A DNA stretch of 64,000 nt, taken from Terrimicrobiaceae bacterium (GTDB lineage: Bacteria; Verrucomicrobiota; Verrucomicrobiia; Chthoniobacterales; Terrimicrobiaceae). The first letter of the stretch is position 1, and each line of letters opens with the position of its first letter. Location of the stretch: assembly GCA_044342325.1 (NCBI GenBank), contig JBIIPZ010000001.1, positions 1 through 64,000 of the forward strand, given 5' to 3'. A program made the translations under genes and the position numbers. The notes beneath the pieces were generated by a model. That model was given only the letters and a program-made list of their open reading frames with translations. It was not told where the DNA came from and did not search any database. Of the stretch, positions 10,765-20,991 are shown piece by piece.

Positions 10765-11180
10765 TTTGAGGAGTCTGGTTGGGTAAAGGCCGGCACATCG
10801 CGGAGTCCGGCGGCTTTGAGTGAATCGAGGATTTTTACTACGGTGCCGAAAGGAGCCTCCCGGTCGGCTTGCATGGCAATGCCCCGGCTCGGCTGGGTTT
10901 CCCGGATATGTTGCAAGGCGGCTGTGAGATTTTCGAGGGTGACGGGTTTTTCATCCAGCGTGATTTCCTGATCAGATTTCACTCGCAGCACCGCGGGTTC
11001 CTTCTGCGCGGCGGCAGCGGCTTCGGCGGATTTCGAATCGGGTAGATTGATTTGCAGCTGGGGCTGGGGCTTTCGGAAGTTTGTGGTGACGATGAAAAAA
11101 ATCAGCAGGATTGCCAAAATATCGATGAGTGAAACGATATTAATGAACGGGCTGCGGCGTTTTCGGGTGTAGAACTGCAT
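10761..11180 (-). CDS. exbD: ExbD/TolR family protein
   Basis: INIVSLIDILAILLIFFIVTT and ADREAPFGTVV motifs. Start placed at MQFYTRKRR. Confidence 0.88.
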   Translation of the reverse strand: MQFYTRKRRSPFINIVSLIDILAILLIFFIVTTNFRKPQPQLQINLPDSKSAEAAAAAQKEPAVLRVKSDQEITLDEKPVTLENLTAALQHIRETQPSRGIAMQADREAPFGTVVKILDSLKAAGLRDVPAFTQPDSSK

Positions 11181-11193
11181 TTCGCTCAGGCGG

Positions 11194-11820
11194 CTATTGA
11201 GGTTGGTAGAGCTTGGCGAGCAGGCTGGCTGTGATGGATTCCATCTCGACGGCCAGCATTTCGATGCGGCGCTGAAAATAGCTGTGGGCAATGAGGCTGG
11301 GCACGGCCACGCCGAGGCCGGCGATGGTGGTATTCAGGGCTTCGGAAATGCCTCGCGCCACCTGCACGGGATCGCCGTTGTTTCCGAGTGTAGCGAAAAT
11401 ACCCACGAGGCCCGAAAGTGTTCCCAGGAGACCGAGGAGCGGACCAGTGCCGGTGGCGATTTCGAGAATGACGAGGCCTTTTTCCATGCGGGCGATTTCG
11501 TGCCTCGCGCAGGTCTGGACGGCTTCGAGATTTTCGGATTTTGACCAGTTCAGATGCGAGATGAGTGTCGAGAGAATGAGCGAGATGGCCGAGGGATGCT
11601 GCTCCATTTCTTCCTGCAGTGACTGGAGGGTGTGTCCAGGCCGCAGATCATCGACGGCTTCCGCGACCTGTCTGGGAATAATCGCACTTTCGCGGAGCCG
11701 CCAGGCGCGCAGAAAAATTGCGGTGAGGGTTACTATCGAAAGTAAAACCAGCAGCACCATGAAGGGGCCGCCTTGTTCGAAAAAATCGGTAATCGCCGAA
11801 AGCGTCGTTTGAGATGTCAT
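11194..11820 (-). CDS. exbB: MotA/TolQ/ExbB proton channel protein
   Basis: GPLLGLLGTLSG and GISEALNTTIAGLGVAVP motifs. Confidence 0.88.
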   Translation of the reverse strand: MTSQTTLSAITDFFEQGGPFMVLLVLLSIVTLTAIFLRAWRLRESAIIPRQVAEAVDDLRPGHTLQSLQEEMEQHPSAISLILSTLISHLNWSKSENLEAVQTCARHEIARMEKGLVILEIATGTGPLLGLLGTLSGLVGIFATLGNNGDPVQVARGISEALNTTIAGLGVAVPSLIAHSYFQRRIEMLAVEMESITASLLAKLYQPQ

Positions 11821-12785
11821 CAGTGGCCGATAATCGTAAACGAGAAGTCGATTTCGAGGCGACCGTTTTCGATCAGCTTGGCGACTTCCGGCGGCATGGG
11901 AGGGACTTCAGCCTGCACCACCGACGCAAGGCTGACTGAGGCGAAGCTCTCATTCGAGGAGTTCGAGAGCACCTGTGGGGATTTGATTTTCCCCTCGGGT
12001 GTCACAGTGAAGCGGATATCCACCGTGCCGATGTTCAGTAGGCCCATCTGGGAATTCACATAGTAATACCAGCGCGAGCCGATGGCGTCGGAGACCTGTT
12101 TTTTATAGCGCCCCAGTGGTGTGGCATTTGCTTCCAGCGAGGCTTTGCCCCGGTTTGAGACATTGCCGCGAAGGCGAGTCACTCGGGTTTCCGGTTGGAA
12201 GCCTGCTTGGGAATTCTGGCTTGGCTGGGTTGCGGTTTTCGCCTTCTGAGGGGGGGTAGGCTTGGGAGTTGGCTTCGGCGCTTCGAGGAGGGCCAGATCG
12301 GTCTCCATGCGCGGGGTGGGGGAGGCCTCGGCCTCCGGCGAGGATTGCTCTGCGGCTTGTGCGGCAGGCGTCGTTTGAGCCGGCTTCTGACCCGCCGCGT
12401 AGCGTTGGTCGCGCAGGTCGAGGCTCTGGTCCTCGCGGCCTTCGAGGGATGGCATCATTTCTTGGCCAGAGGGCAAGGCTTCGCTGGCAGCGATCGAGTC
12501 GTTGTCCGATTCAAAAGCCGCGTCCTTGGTGGGTTTTTTCTCGAGATTCTCCTGAGGCGTCGTGCTGACAAATCGCGGCGCGGTCTTTGGCGCGGCCGGC
12601 ATGGGTAGAATGGTGAGCTGAGGAGGCTCCTCAAGTGTCGGGGATTTTTCCTTGGGTATGGCTGGACCTTTTAAAATCACAAAAGCCACCGCCAGCAGAA
12701 AAAAAAGATGGAGCAGCAGCGAGGCCAGAAAAGCCGCAGCTGTCTCCCAGCGCGACGTATTTCTCCTCATGCCCACTGAATTCAT
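11820..12785 (-). CDS. TonB/TolA-like energy transducer
   Basis: N-terminal TM helix with SLLLH, Pro-rich linker and TonB_C-like C-terminal domain. Operonic with exbBD. Confidence 0.8.
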   Translation of the reverse strand: MNSVGMRRNTSRWETAAAFLASLLLHLFFLLAVAFVILKGPAIPKEKSPTLEEPPQLTILPMPAAPKTAPRFVSTTPQENLEKKPTKDAAFESDNDSIAASEALPSGQEMMPSLEGREDQSLDLRDQRYAAGQKPAQTTPAAQAAEQSSPEAEASPTPRMETDLALLEAPKPTPKPTPPQKAKTATQPSQNSQAGFQPETRVTRLRGNVSNRGKASLEANATPLGRYKKQVSDAIGSRWYYYVNSQMGLLNIGTVDIRFTVTPEGKIKSPQVLSNSSNESFASVSLASVVQAEVPPMPPEVAKLIENGRLEIDFSFTIIGH

Positions 12786-12888
12786 GAAGCCAGATTAACC
12801 TCCGTCCGCGCACTCGGCAATTCCATGTCTTGACCGCGCAAGAAAGCGCGTGACATCATAGCGGTTCAGTAAAAAACCTACCTCTACC

Positions 12889-13353
12889 GTGGACATCAAA
12901 GAAATTCGCACACTCATCGACCTCATGAAGAAAAACGGCGTCGCCGTTTTCAAAATGGAGCGGGAAGGCTTCAAAATCACGCTCAAGACAGCTGGAGCCG
13001 TTGGCCCCACTCAGTATGTGACCAACCAGCCGGTTTTCTCGGTCAGCGAACCAGGGGCGCTCCCTGCTATTTCCACAGAAGCTCCCGCTGCGGCTCCTGC
13101 CCCTGCTGCGGCCGCCGGTGGGATCGAAATCAAATCTCCCATGGTCGGCACTTTTTACTCTGCTCCTTCACCGGAATCTCCCGCTTTCTTGACAGTCGGC
13201 CAGCAAGTCACCCCGGATACCGTTATTTGCATCATCGAAGCCATGAAGGTCATGAACGAGGTGAAAGCCGAGGTCTCTGGCGTTGTGACGGAAATCTGCG
13301 CCGAAAATGGCAAGCCCGTGCAATTCGGTCAGACACTCTTCCGCCTCAAGTAA
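12889..13353 (+). CDS. accB: Acetyl-CoA carboxylase biotin carboxyl carrier protein
   Basis: SPMVGTFY and EAMKVMNE motifs. Confidence 0.96.
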   Translation: MDIKEIRTLIDLMKKNGVAVFKMEREGFKITLKTAGAVGPTQYVTNQPVFSVSEPGALPAISTEAPAAAPAPAAAAGGIEIKSPMVGTFYSAPSPESPAFLTVGQQVTPDTVICIIEAMKVMNEVKAEVSGVVTEICAENGKPVQFGQTLFRLK

Positions 13354-13371
13354 TCCCTCGGCTATCCCGCC

Positions 13372-14733
13372 ATGTTTAAAAAAATCCTGATCGCCAATCG
13401 CGGCGAAATCGCCCTCCGTATTATCCGCGCCTGTAGGGAACTGGGAGTCCAGTCGGTTGCCATTTACTCGGAGCCCGACATCGACAGCCTCCATGTGCAG
13501 CTCGCCGACGAGGCCATTTGCATTGGGCCGGCTGTCAGTTCGGAAAGTTACCTTAAAATCGACCGCATCATCAGCGCTGCGGAGATTTGCGATGCCGATG
13601 CGATCCACCCTGGTTATGGATTTTTGGCGGAGAACGCGCACTTCGCCGAGGTTTGCGCTAGTTGCAACATCAAGTTCATCGGCCCCACGCCGCAGGCGAT
13701 TCGCCTCATGGGCGACAAAAATTCCGCCCGCGACTGCGCCCGCAAGGCTGGTGTGCCGATTTCGCCCGGTAGCGACGGCACGATCGATACCGAAGCTGAA
13801 GCTCTCCGCATCGCCCGCAAAATTGGTTTTCCTGTAATGATCAAAGCCGTCGCCGGTGGCGGCGGTCGCGGCATGCGCATCGCCAGCAACGAAGGCAGTC
13901 TGGTGCAAGGATATCACGCCGCCCGCATGGAAGCCGAGAAGGCATTTGGAAACGGTGCGGTTTACATCGAGAAATTTATCGTTAACCCGCACCACATTGA
14001 ATTTCAGGTCTTTGGTGACGAACATGGACGTGTCGTGCATCTCGGTGAGCGCGACTGCTCACTCCAGCGCCGCAACCAAAAGATCGTCGAAGAGTGTCCC
14101 TCGCCGCTGATGTCTCCCGAGCTTCGCAAAAAGATGGGCGATGCATCGATCAACCTCTGCCAGAGCGTCGGCTACACAAACGCCGGCACCATCGAGTATC
14201 TCGTGGACGATGACGGGAATTTCTACTTCATGGAAATGAACACCCGCATCCAGGTGGAACACCCCATCACAGAGGAGGTCTACGGATGCGATCTCGTGAA
14301 GCAGCAGATTCAAGTCGCCGCTGGCGAACATCTGAGTAGCTATGTCGTTGAAGCCCAGCCTCGTGGTCATGCCATCGAGTGCCGTATCAACGCCGAGGAT
14401 CCAGAGAAAAATTTCCAGCCTTGCCCAGGCAATATCGGCCTTTACTACGCACCAGGCGGTCGTGGCATTCGCATCGACTCCCATGCCTACGCCGGCTACC
14501 CGATTCCGTCGAATTACGATTCGATGATTGCTAAAGTCATTGCCACTGCCTCCAGTCGCACCGCTTGCATCAAACGCATGTCGAGGGCTCTCAATGAATA
14601 CATGATCACTGGAATCAAGACCACGATTCCCTTCCAACAAGCGATCATGCACAACGAGTCCTTCCGACAAGGCAAATACCACACCGGCTTCGTCGAGCAA
14701 CTCCTGCGCGACGGCGTGCCGATGATGCGCTGA
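13372..14733 (+). CDS. accC: Biotin carboxylase
   Basis: [24 protein letters not shown] and [10 protein letters not shown] motifs. Confidence 0.97.
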   Translation: MFKKILIANRGEIALRIIRACRELGVQSVAIYSEPDIDSLHVQLADEAICIGPAVSSESYLKIDRIISAAEICDADAIHPGYGFLAENAHFAEVCASCNIKFIGPTPQAIRLMGDKNSARDCARKAGVPISPGSDGTIDTEAEALRIARKIGFPVMIKAVAGGGGRGMRIASNEGSLVQGYHAARMEAEKAFGNGAVYIEKFIVNPHHIEFQVFGDEHGRVVHLGERDCSLQRRNQKIVEECPSPLMSPELRKKMGDASINLCQSVGYTNAGTIEYLVDDDGNFYFMEMNTRIQVEHPITEEVYGCDLVKQQIQVAAGEHLSSYVVEAQPRGHAIECRINAEDPEKNFQPCPGNIGLYYAPGGRGIRIDSHAYAGYPIPSNYDSMIAKVIATASSRTACIKRMSRALNEYMITGIKTTIPFQQAIMHNESFRQGKYHTGFVEQLLRDGVPMMR

Positions 14734-14763
14734 GCTTTTTGCGCGCTCCCAAGCTCAGCTTTT
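14729..14763 (+). terminator. Putative terminator after accC
   Basis: GCTGAGCTT...AAGCTCAGC inverted repeat followed by TTTT. Confidence 0.45.
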
Positions 14764-14847
14764 CAAAAGGCGTGAATGGTCTCTGATCCAGCACGCTCGC
14801 TGTATCTCGAGAGCCGCCTTTATCAATTTAGTCTCTGCCGCATGTCA

Positions 14848-15618
14848 TCAGATGACTTGCCAGGCGGGTTTGTTGTCGAAGACCCAGCGGTAGTAGTCGG
14901 TGCGGGTGAGTTCGGATGCGGCTTCTTCGTCGAGGCAGAAGATGGCGGAGGGGTGGAGTTGGAGCGCGGAGGCGGGATTCATCGAGGTGATGGGGCCTTC
15001 GACGGCTTGGGCTATGGCTTGGGCTTTATTTTTTCCTGTGGCAAGGAGGACGGTTTTGCGGGTGTCGAGAATGGTTCCGATTCCCATGGTGATGACATGG
15101 AATGGCACCGCGTCCTCGCTCCCGAAGAAGCGGGCGTTGTCCTTGCGGGTGCGGGCGGTGAGGGTTTTGATGCGGGTGCGGGAGGCGAGGGAGGATGTCG
15201 GTTCGTTGAAGCCAATGTGGCCGTCTGTGCCGATGCCGAGGAGCTGGAGGTCGATGCCGCCTGCTGCGCGGATTTTTTCCTCGTAGCTGCGGCAGAATTT
15301 TTCGGGGTCCGCCGCCATACCGTCTGGGATATGAATGTTTGCCGGATTGATGTTTACATGCCGGAAGAGGTTCTCGTGCATGAAGGCGTGGTAGGACTGC
15401 GGATGGTCGGCTCCGACGCCGATGTATTCGTCCAGATTGAACGAGGTGATCTGCGACCAATCGAGGTTTTGCTGGATGAGTTGCTTGTAGAGTGGCACGG
15501 GGGTGCCGCCTGTGGCGAGGCCGAGAACCGCATTTGGCTTGGTGCGGATGAGGTGGGTGAAGAGGCGTGCGGCCATGCAAGCGGCCGATTCGGCATTGGG
15601 TTGGATGATGACTTCCAT
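14848..15618 (-). CDS. nagB: Glucosamine-6-phosphate deaminase
   Basis: LGLATGGTP, FNLDEY and GIGTDGHIGFNEP motifs. Confidence 0.96.
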   Translation of the reverse strand: MEVIIQPNAESAACMAARLFTHLIRTKPNAVLGLATGGTPVPLYKQLIQQNLDWSQITSFNLDEYIGVGADHPQSYHAFMHENLFRHVNINPANIHIPDGMAADPEKFCRSYEEKIRAAGGIDLQLLGIGTDGHIGFNEPTSSLASRTRIKTLTARTRKDNARFFGSEDAVPFHVITMGIGTILDTRKTVLLATGKNKAQAIAQAVEGPITSMNPASALQLHPSAIFCLDEEAASELTRTDYYRWVFDNKPAWQVI

Positions 15619-15626
15619 AGGATGTT

Positions 15627-16487
15627 TTAAAAATAAGGATGCAGAGCCGTGCAGACGCTTTCTTCGAATCGGCGGATCGCCTGGCGAGTGAATTCCACCA
15701 CGCTCAGCGAATCGTCCAAAATCAATGGTGTGAGATCCATTCCGACGAGAACCTGAGTGGATTCATCGCCTTCGCGTGGCTCGTAAAATGTGGCATTGGC
15801 TGAGCGGCGGCCGGTCACAGCGAGGTCGTAGCGTTTTCCGCCCACGATTTGTGAGGCGAATACAGTATTGAGCCGATGGGCCAGAGCGTCGTGGCCGCTG
15901 ACATCCATACGGACTTTTTCGGAGTCGAGCATCCAATCCAAGTCTCTCCAAACTTCACATCCAATCAGTTGCTTTGGTCGTTCCGCGAGTGGGAGGGCGC
16001 GGAGCGCGTGCAGGAGAGAGGCAAAAACTCCCAGGTGCGTCTTGTGCTTGTCCGCCGGGCTGTGGGTGTAAATCACTTCGGGCTGCGTGGCCTTTAAAAC
16101 CCTTATCAAATCCTCGCGAAGACGGGCGTCGGCGGGATCAGTCACAGAAGAACTCGGGTAGCCGAGCTGAAGCATCAATCCAAACTGGCCAATCTTGGCG
16201 GCCTCGTTCTGCTCGATGGCGCGGGCCTTTCCGAGTTCCTCAGGTGTCATTTGTGCAAAAACCCCGCTACGCGAGCTGCCCTTGCCGTCGGTGCACGTGA
16301 CTCCTCCAAACCAGCGTTCGCTACTGTCCATGCACTGCACGATGCCGTGGAATGCCATGAACTCCAGATCGTCATGATGCGCTCCCACGCCGAGATGAGT
16401 GACCCGCGAGGCGGCCTCCGGCAATGGGCGGTTGTCGGGTATAAAGATTTGTGCCGCTGTGTTGGAAAGAAGGTCGGAAGACATCAT
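15627..16487 (-). CDS. PIG-L/LmbE family N-deacetylase
   Basis: GAHHDDLE, TDGKGS and THSPADKHKTH metal-binding motifs. Confidence 0.85.
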   Translation of the reverse strand: MMSSDLLSNTAAQIFIPDNRPLPEAASRVTHLGVGAHHDDLEFMAFHGIVQCMDSSERWFGGVTCTDGKGSSRSGVFAQMTPEELGKARAIEQNEAAKIGQFGLMLQLGYPSSSVTDPADARLREDLIRVLKATQPEVIYTHSPADKHKTHLGVFASLLHALRALPLAERPKQLIGCEVWRDLDWMLDSEKVRMDVSGHDALAHRLNTVFASQIVGGKRYDLAVTGRRSANATFYEPREGDESTQVLVGMDLTPLILDDSLSVVEFTRQAIRRFEESVCTALHPYF

Positions 16488-16556
16488 GTTTAAGAAACCA
16501 ATAAATCGCACTCCTTGGGAGCCAGAACTCGAGCCAAAAGCTTCTCATATGAGTCT

Positions 16557-16590
16557 CAAAAAAAACAGCCAGATCAACATCTGGCTGTTT
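16557..16590 (-). terminator. Rho-independent terminator after the PhyH gene
   Basis: AAACAGCCAGAT-caac-ATCTGGCTGTTT with an A-run on the left (U-tract on the minus strand). Confidence 0.75.
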
Positions 16591-16644
16591 CTTTGTCCCT
16601 CTGAATAAGCGCCGCCTAGCTTGAGGGCGGATTCTCGAGGCGGG

Positions 16645-17559
16645 TTAGCAGATACGGCCGAGTTTGGCATCCGGGCCGTGGCCGATGGGATTCTCGCCGA
16701 CCCAGCGTTCATCGACGGGTTCGTCGGAGCGTTGGTAGCGGGTGTCGGTCGAGAGGCGAATGCGCTGCGTGGTGTTGTCGATGCTGCCGTGGATGGTGTC
16801 CATGCGGAAGGTCAGGAGGTCGCCAGGCTGGAACTCTGAGGTGAGCCAGCGCCCGCCGAATTTCTGGCGCAGCGAAACGGGATTGTTGGTGAGTTGCCCG
16901 CCATGCTTCCAGCCATCGCGTCCTGGGATGTTCGTGCAGCTCGTATCGACATCCGAGTTCAGATAATTGCGAATGCGGTCGGCTTGGAGGTGGGATTTTT
17001 CGAGGATCATGAGTCCGCCGACTTCGAGCGGGACTTCGCCGTAAGGGATCCAGGCTGTGTAGAGACGATGAGTGCCACGGCCCATGTAAACGATGTCGCA
17101 ATGGGGAGGCGTTCCATGACCGCAGCCCATCGTGCGCAGCCAGATGTAGTCAAAGTGGCGAATCGCGCCGCCGAGGAAAGCGCTATAGAATTCATGCACC
17201 TCGGGGCCGAAGACGACGCGGTTGATGGCGGCTTGGTTCTTCCATGCGGTCGTGTGGAATTTGGGATGGACGCCTTCCTTCAGGATGCCATCGATGAGCG
17301 GTGCTCCGGGCTCAAAAATGCCATCTTTCGCCAGTGTTTCAACGAGGACCTTGCGGGCTTCAATGATGATCTCCCGTGGAAAGAATCCTTTGATGTAAAG
17401 GTAACCATTTTCATCCATGCGCTGCTGAAGGGTAGCAGGATCGTGGCGGATGGCGGAGGAATCCTCCAGCCAGCCGAAGGAGTGTTCATCCATCTCGAGT
17501 TCATGACCGAGGGATCTCAGGGTGCGGTTGGTGACGGGGGCTGAGGTGAGTGTTTTCAT
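16645..17559 (-). CDS. Phytanoyl-CoA dioxygenase (PhyH) family Fe/2OG dioxygenase
   Basis: TPPHCD (HxD), AWIPYG, GDLLTF...TIHGS and RLSTDTRYQ motifs. Confidence 0.88.
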   Translation of the reverse strand: MKTLTSAPVTNRTLRSLGHELEMDEHSFGWLEDSSAIRHDPATLQQRMDENGYLYIKGFFPREIIIEARKVLVETLAKDGIFEPGAPLIDGILKEGVHPKFHTTAWKNQAAINRVVFGPEVHEFYSAFLGGAIRHFDYIWLRTMGCGHGTPPHCDIVYMGRGTHRLYTAWIPYGEVPLEVGGLMILEKSHLQADRIRNYLNSDVDTSCTNIPGRDGWKHGGQLTNNPVSLRQKFGGRWLTSEFQPGDLLTFRMDTIHGSIDNTTQRIRLSTDTRYQRSDEPVDERWVGENPIGHGPDAKLGRIC

Positions 17560-17631
17560 GCGGGACTATTCTGACACAGTTCAAAAAATGAGGAATGGCG
17601 CTGGTGGTATTTTTTATGTATTAAATGGTAA

Positions 17632-18486
17632 ATGCGCATTCCAAGCCTTGCCCATTGGAAAACATCGCTCGTTCAGACAGCAGGCACGTCGCCGCTTGGT
17701 GAAATAACACTTGCTGGAACGATTTCGAAATCACGCGGCATTCGACGAGATGAACCGCGTGTCTTTGGACAATGGGCTATTGTGTATTTGGTGGCAGGAA
17801 GCGGGAATTATCATGATGCACGGGGAATTGATGTTCCACTGCGCGCGGGCGATGTGATTCTGGTCTTTCCCGAAGTGGCCCATTCCTACGGGCCCGAGAC
17901 GGGCGGGATTTGGAACGAGCTGTATGTCTGTTTTCGCGGGCCTGTTTTTGAAAGTTGGCGCGACGCCGAGCTGTTCGATGTAAGAAATCCCGTCTTTCAC
18001 TGGAAGGCTCCACGCATCGGACTGAAGATACTGCAGCCGTTCTTTTCGAAATTGAATCAACCGGGCCAATCGATGCTGGAAGCCGTGACAATGTGGCAGC
18101 AGATTTTATCTCGCATTTTTGCACACCGCAGCACCAAGGGCGCGAGAGAACAGCGTCCCGCCTGGTTCCTCCAAGCGGTGGACCTTTTGGAGAGGGGGGC
18201 GGCGGATGATGAAAAAACACTGCGATCGATCGCCGAGGCTTGCGGCATGGGCTACGAGAGTTTTCGAAAAAAATTCGCCACCCTCGCCGGCGAACCGCCT
18301 GCCCGCTATGCCCTCATGCGGCGCATCGAACGCGCTCGACAGTTGCTCGCTCGGCATCGTTTCACCAACAAGGAACTGGCCGAGATGCTTGGCTTCCACG
18401 ACGAGTTTCATTTCGCCAAAACTTTCAAAAAACTGACAGGTAAAACGCCACGGCAGGCTGCCATGTCGCCTCCTGATGCGCGATGA
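17632..18486 (+). CDS. AraC family transcriptional regulator
   Basis: N-terminal cupin and C-terminal LAEMLGFHDEFHFAKTFKK..GKTP. Divergent from the PhyH gene. Confidence 0.92.
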   Translation: MRIPSLAHWKTSLVQTAGTSPLGEITLAGTISKSRGIRRDEPRVFGQWAIVYLVAGSGNYHDARGIDVPLRAGDVILVFPEVAHSYGPETGGIWNELYVCFRGPVFESWRDAELFDVRNPVFHWKAPRIGLKILQPFFSKLNQPGQSMLEAVTMWQQILSRIFAHRSTKGAREQRPAWFLQAVDLLERGAADDEKTLRSIAEACGMGYESFRKKFATLAGEPPARYALMRRIERARQLLARHRFTNKELAEMLGFHDEFHFAKTFKKLTGKTPRQAAMSPPDAR

Positions 18487-18573
18487 GGCGGTTCGTGGCG
18501 GGCGAGTGCCAATCCACGAGGGGCTAACCCTGATCTTGTGCGGGCAGGTGGGCTCGGCATAGTTCGTTGACCC

Positions 18574-20166
18574 ATGTTTATTTTCAACGGAGTCATTCTC
18601 GGGCTGGGCTTATTTTTTTTGGGCCTTCAGCTCACGGGACAAAATATGCGTGCTCTCAGTGGGGGAGGACTTCGCCAGCTAGTGCGCGGGGCTACGGGCA
18701 CTCCATGGGTTTCTGGCGTTTGCGGGCTCGTGGCCGGAGCGCTCATGCAGAGTGCCACAGCGGTCACATTTATTCTGGTGAGCATGGTGGGCAGCGGATT
18801 GATCAAGTCGGCCTCTGCGAGGGTGATTGTGGTGTGGTGCAATGTGGGACTCACGGGGCTCGCGTTTCTGGCGGCGTTCAATATCCATCCCATTGTAGCT
18901 TTCGTAGTCGGTGTTGCTGGCATTGCCATGGGATCCGTGCGGCGCAAGCCATGGAACACCATAGCGGGTGCTGTGCTGGGCGTCGGCATTATCCTTTTCG
19001 GCTTGGAACAGCTTGGCGCTGGATTGGCACCGTTGAAAGACGAGGCGTGGTTTCGTCAGGCGATCGAAGTCGCGCTTTCATCTCCGCTTCAGGCCTTCGG
19101 CATCGGCATCGCGGCGGCCGCACTGCTTCAATCCAATACCGGCGCGGCGATGGTCTTGATCACCTTGGCCGCAGGCGGTGCATTTGGAGTCGCTGAGGCT
19201 GCCCCTGCGATTTACGGGACAAATCTCGGGGCGATCGCGCTGCGGGCATTTTTGGCGCGCGGCCTCAGTGGCTCGGCAATCTGCCTTGTTCGCATGGAAG
19301 ATTTATTCTGCGTCTTCAGCGGCCTGCTGATGATGGTATTGTTCGTCTTGGAACGGGCTGGCATCCCGCTCGTGCAGGCCCTTGTCTACTCCTTGCATGG
19401 AGGGGATGCCATGCGATTGGCGGCGGTGTTTCTGCTCTCGAATCTGATTCCCGCTGTGGTCTTGAGCCCTTTTCTCCCTCACTGCGAGTTATTGTTGAAA
19501 CGATTCTGGCCGAGTGATGCCGCCGAGCGGCCGGATCAACCAAAGTTCCTCCGATCCCAGGCGCTCGCCGATCCCGAGACCGCGTTGGATTTGATTCCGA
19601 AGGAACTCGGACGCCTATTTGGAAGCCTGACCTTTGAGAGCAAGCCATCGGTTAACGATTCGGACTCCCATGAGATGCCCGCTTTCATGCAGCTCGGAGC
19701 AGGAATCGAGGGCTTCTGCGTCCGCTTGGCTTCGGAAAATCCGCTCACTCAAAATCAATCCCTGCGCCTTCAGCGCTGCCGGGCTTGGTTGCATACGATT
19801 CGCCACATCGGCGAAGCATCTGGCGAGCTCGCCGCATCGCGCGCTGCACTGCCCCCAAGCGCCGAACCTTGTGCCAAGGGACTTTTGGACTGGGTGCAGG
19901 CAAATATTCTTCTTGGGGCCGAGGCCACGGCATCGATGGATCCTCAAAAAATCCAGGAGTTTTTTGAGTCGAGTAAGCAAAAAGTCCCCGCCGTTCGCGC
20001 CATGCGGAAAAGCTTTATAGAATCTTGTGGGGCCTTTTCTCCTGCGGGGAATCTCGAAATGTCTTCCCTCGTGGACAACTTCGACATCACGGCCTGGCTC
20101 ATCCACCGACTTTCCAAGTTGCAGGTGAAGGCGATTCAAGCGGCACCCGGCGAGGTTGGTTTCTGA
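18574..20166 (+). CDS. Na/Pi cotransporter family protein
   Basis: Repeated QS motifs (MQSATAV, LQSNTGA), NVG/NLG motifs and a PhoU-like C-terminus. Confidence 0.85.
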   Translation: MFIFNGVILGLGLFFLGLQLTGQNMRALSGGGLRQLVRGATGTPWVSGVCGLVAGALMQSATAVTFILVSMVGSGLIKSASARVIVVWCNVGLTGLAFLAAFNIHPIVAFVVGVAGIAMGSVRRKPWNTIAGAVLGVGIILFGLEQLGAGLAPLKDEAWFRQAIEVALSSPLQAFGIGIAAAALLQSNTGAAMVLITLAAGGAFGVAEAAPAIYGTNLGAIALRAFLARGLSGSAICLVRMEDLFCVFSGLLMMVLFVLERAGIPLVQALVYSLHGGDAMRLAAVFLLSNLIPAVVLSPFLPHCELLLKRFWPSDAAERPDQPKFLRSQALADPETALDLIPKELGRLFGSLTFESKPSVNDSDSHEMPAFMQLGAGIEGFCVRLASENPLTQNQSLRLQRCRAWLHTIRHIGEASGELAASRAALPPSAEPCAKGLLDWVQANILLGAEATASMDPQKIQEFFESSKQKVPAVRAMRKSFIESCGAFSPAGNLEMSSLVDNFDITAWLIHRLSKLQVKAIQAAPGEVGF

Positions 20167-20915
20167 GAGCGGCTTTGGCTGACCGGTGGACTCGTGCGTG
20201 AATTAACTTTATCTGGACATTGGGTTGACTGCTCGGCGCTGGCGCCGTTCGTAACTTCGGCATGAAAAAGGGCAGCGAGCTGGTTGCTGGTCTCGGTATC
20301 CTCCAACACACCAAATTCGCGCAGATCCTTTTCAAAAAGACGAAGGCCCGCGATTTCCTGCACCGGCAACCATTCGTTGATATGCTTGTGAATCGAGCGC
20401 AGATCTGTGTGGGCGGGTTCTTCTTCCTCAATCAGAATCGAGCCATCATCAAACTCTCTGCCAGAACTCTGTGGGGTGACTGGCAGCGCCGAGATTTGAA
20501 TCCAACCATCCGGACGCATGGAGCGAGAATCACCCGCCAACCAGAGAAGAACGGCGCCGTCGATGAGGCATGTGCGTGCGCGGATGTGCAGACGCGTTTG
20601 AGAGGAGCGGTTTTGCAATTCCTCAAAAAGCATGAGCGCATTGTCGTGGAGAAGAATTCCCGGACCAATAAGCTCGATGGTCAAATCCTGCGGCGTGTTT
20701 GCCAATGCGCCTTCGAGAATCGCAAGTAGGCGGCCCGGATCCTTCTCGGCGAGATTGAGGTGAATCTTTTTATGGCTTTCCGGGATGATTGGAATCGCAT
20801 GGGCTGGCACATCGAAATGGAATTCCGTCTGCGTTGCAGATCCTTGCTGGGACTTGCTCTGCGGGCGGATGAGTTTCAGGGCGGCGCGGAGGTATTGGGT
20901 GAGCGTGGTGTTCAT
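20136..20915 (-). CDS. ClpP/crotonase-fold-like protein with degenerate catalytic residues
   Basis: LTIELIGPG...LFEEL...CLIDGAVLLWLAGDSRSMRPDGWIQI...DLREFGVLE follows the ClpP INSPGG...AAS...AG..R...MIH...GLID skeleton. Confidence 0.55.
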   Translation of the reverse strand: MNTTLTQYLRAALKLIRPQSKSQQGSATQTEFHFDVPAHAIPIIPESHKKIHLNLAEKDPGRLLAILEGALANTPQDLTIELIGPGILLHDNALMLFEELQNRSSQTRLHIRARTCLIDGAVLLWLAGDSRSMRPDGWIQISALPVTPQSSGREFDDGSILIEEEEPAHTDLRSIHKHINEWLPVQEIAGLRLFEKDLREFGVLEDTETSNQLAALFHAEVTNGASAEQSTQCPDKVNSRTSPPVSQSRSQKPTSPGAA

Positions 20916-20991
20916 TTCACTTTGCAGGCTACCAACCCTGCTCGGACATCCGCTGGGGGAGGGAATAATTTTTTTCGCCCCTTTTTTCCCC

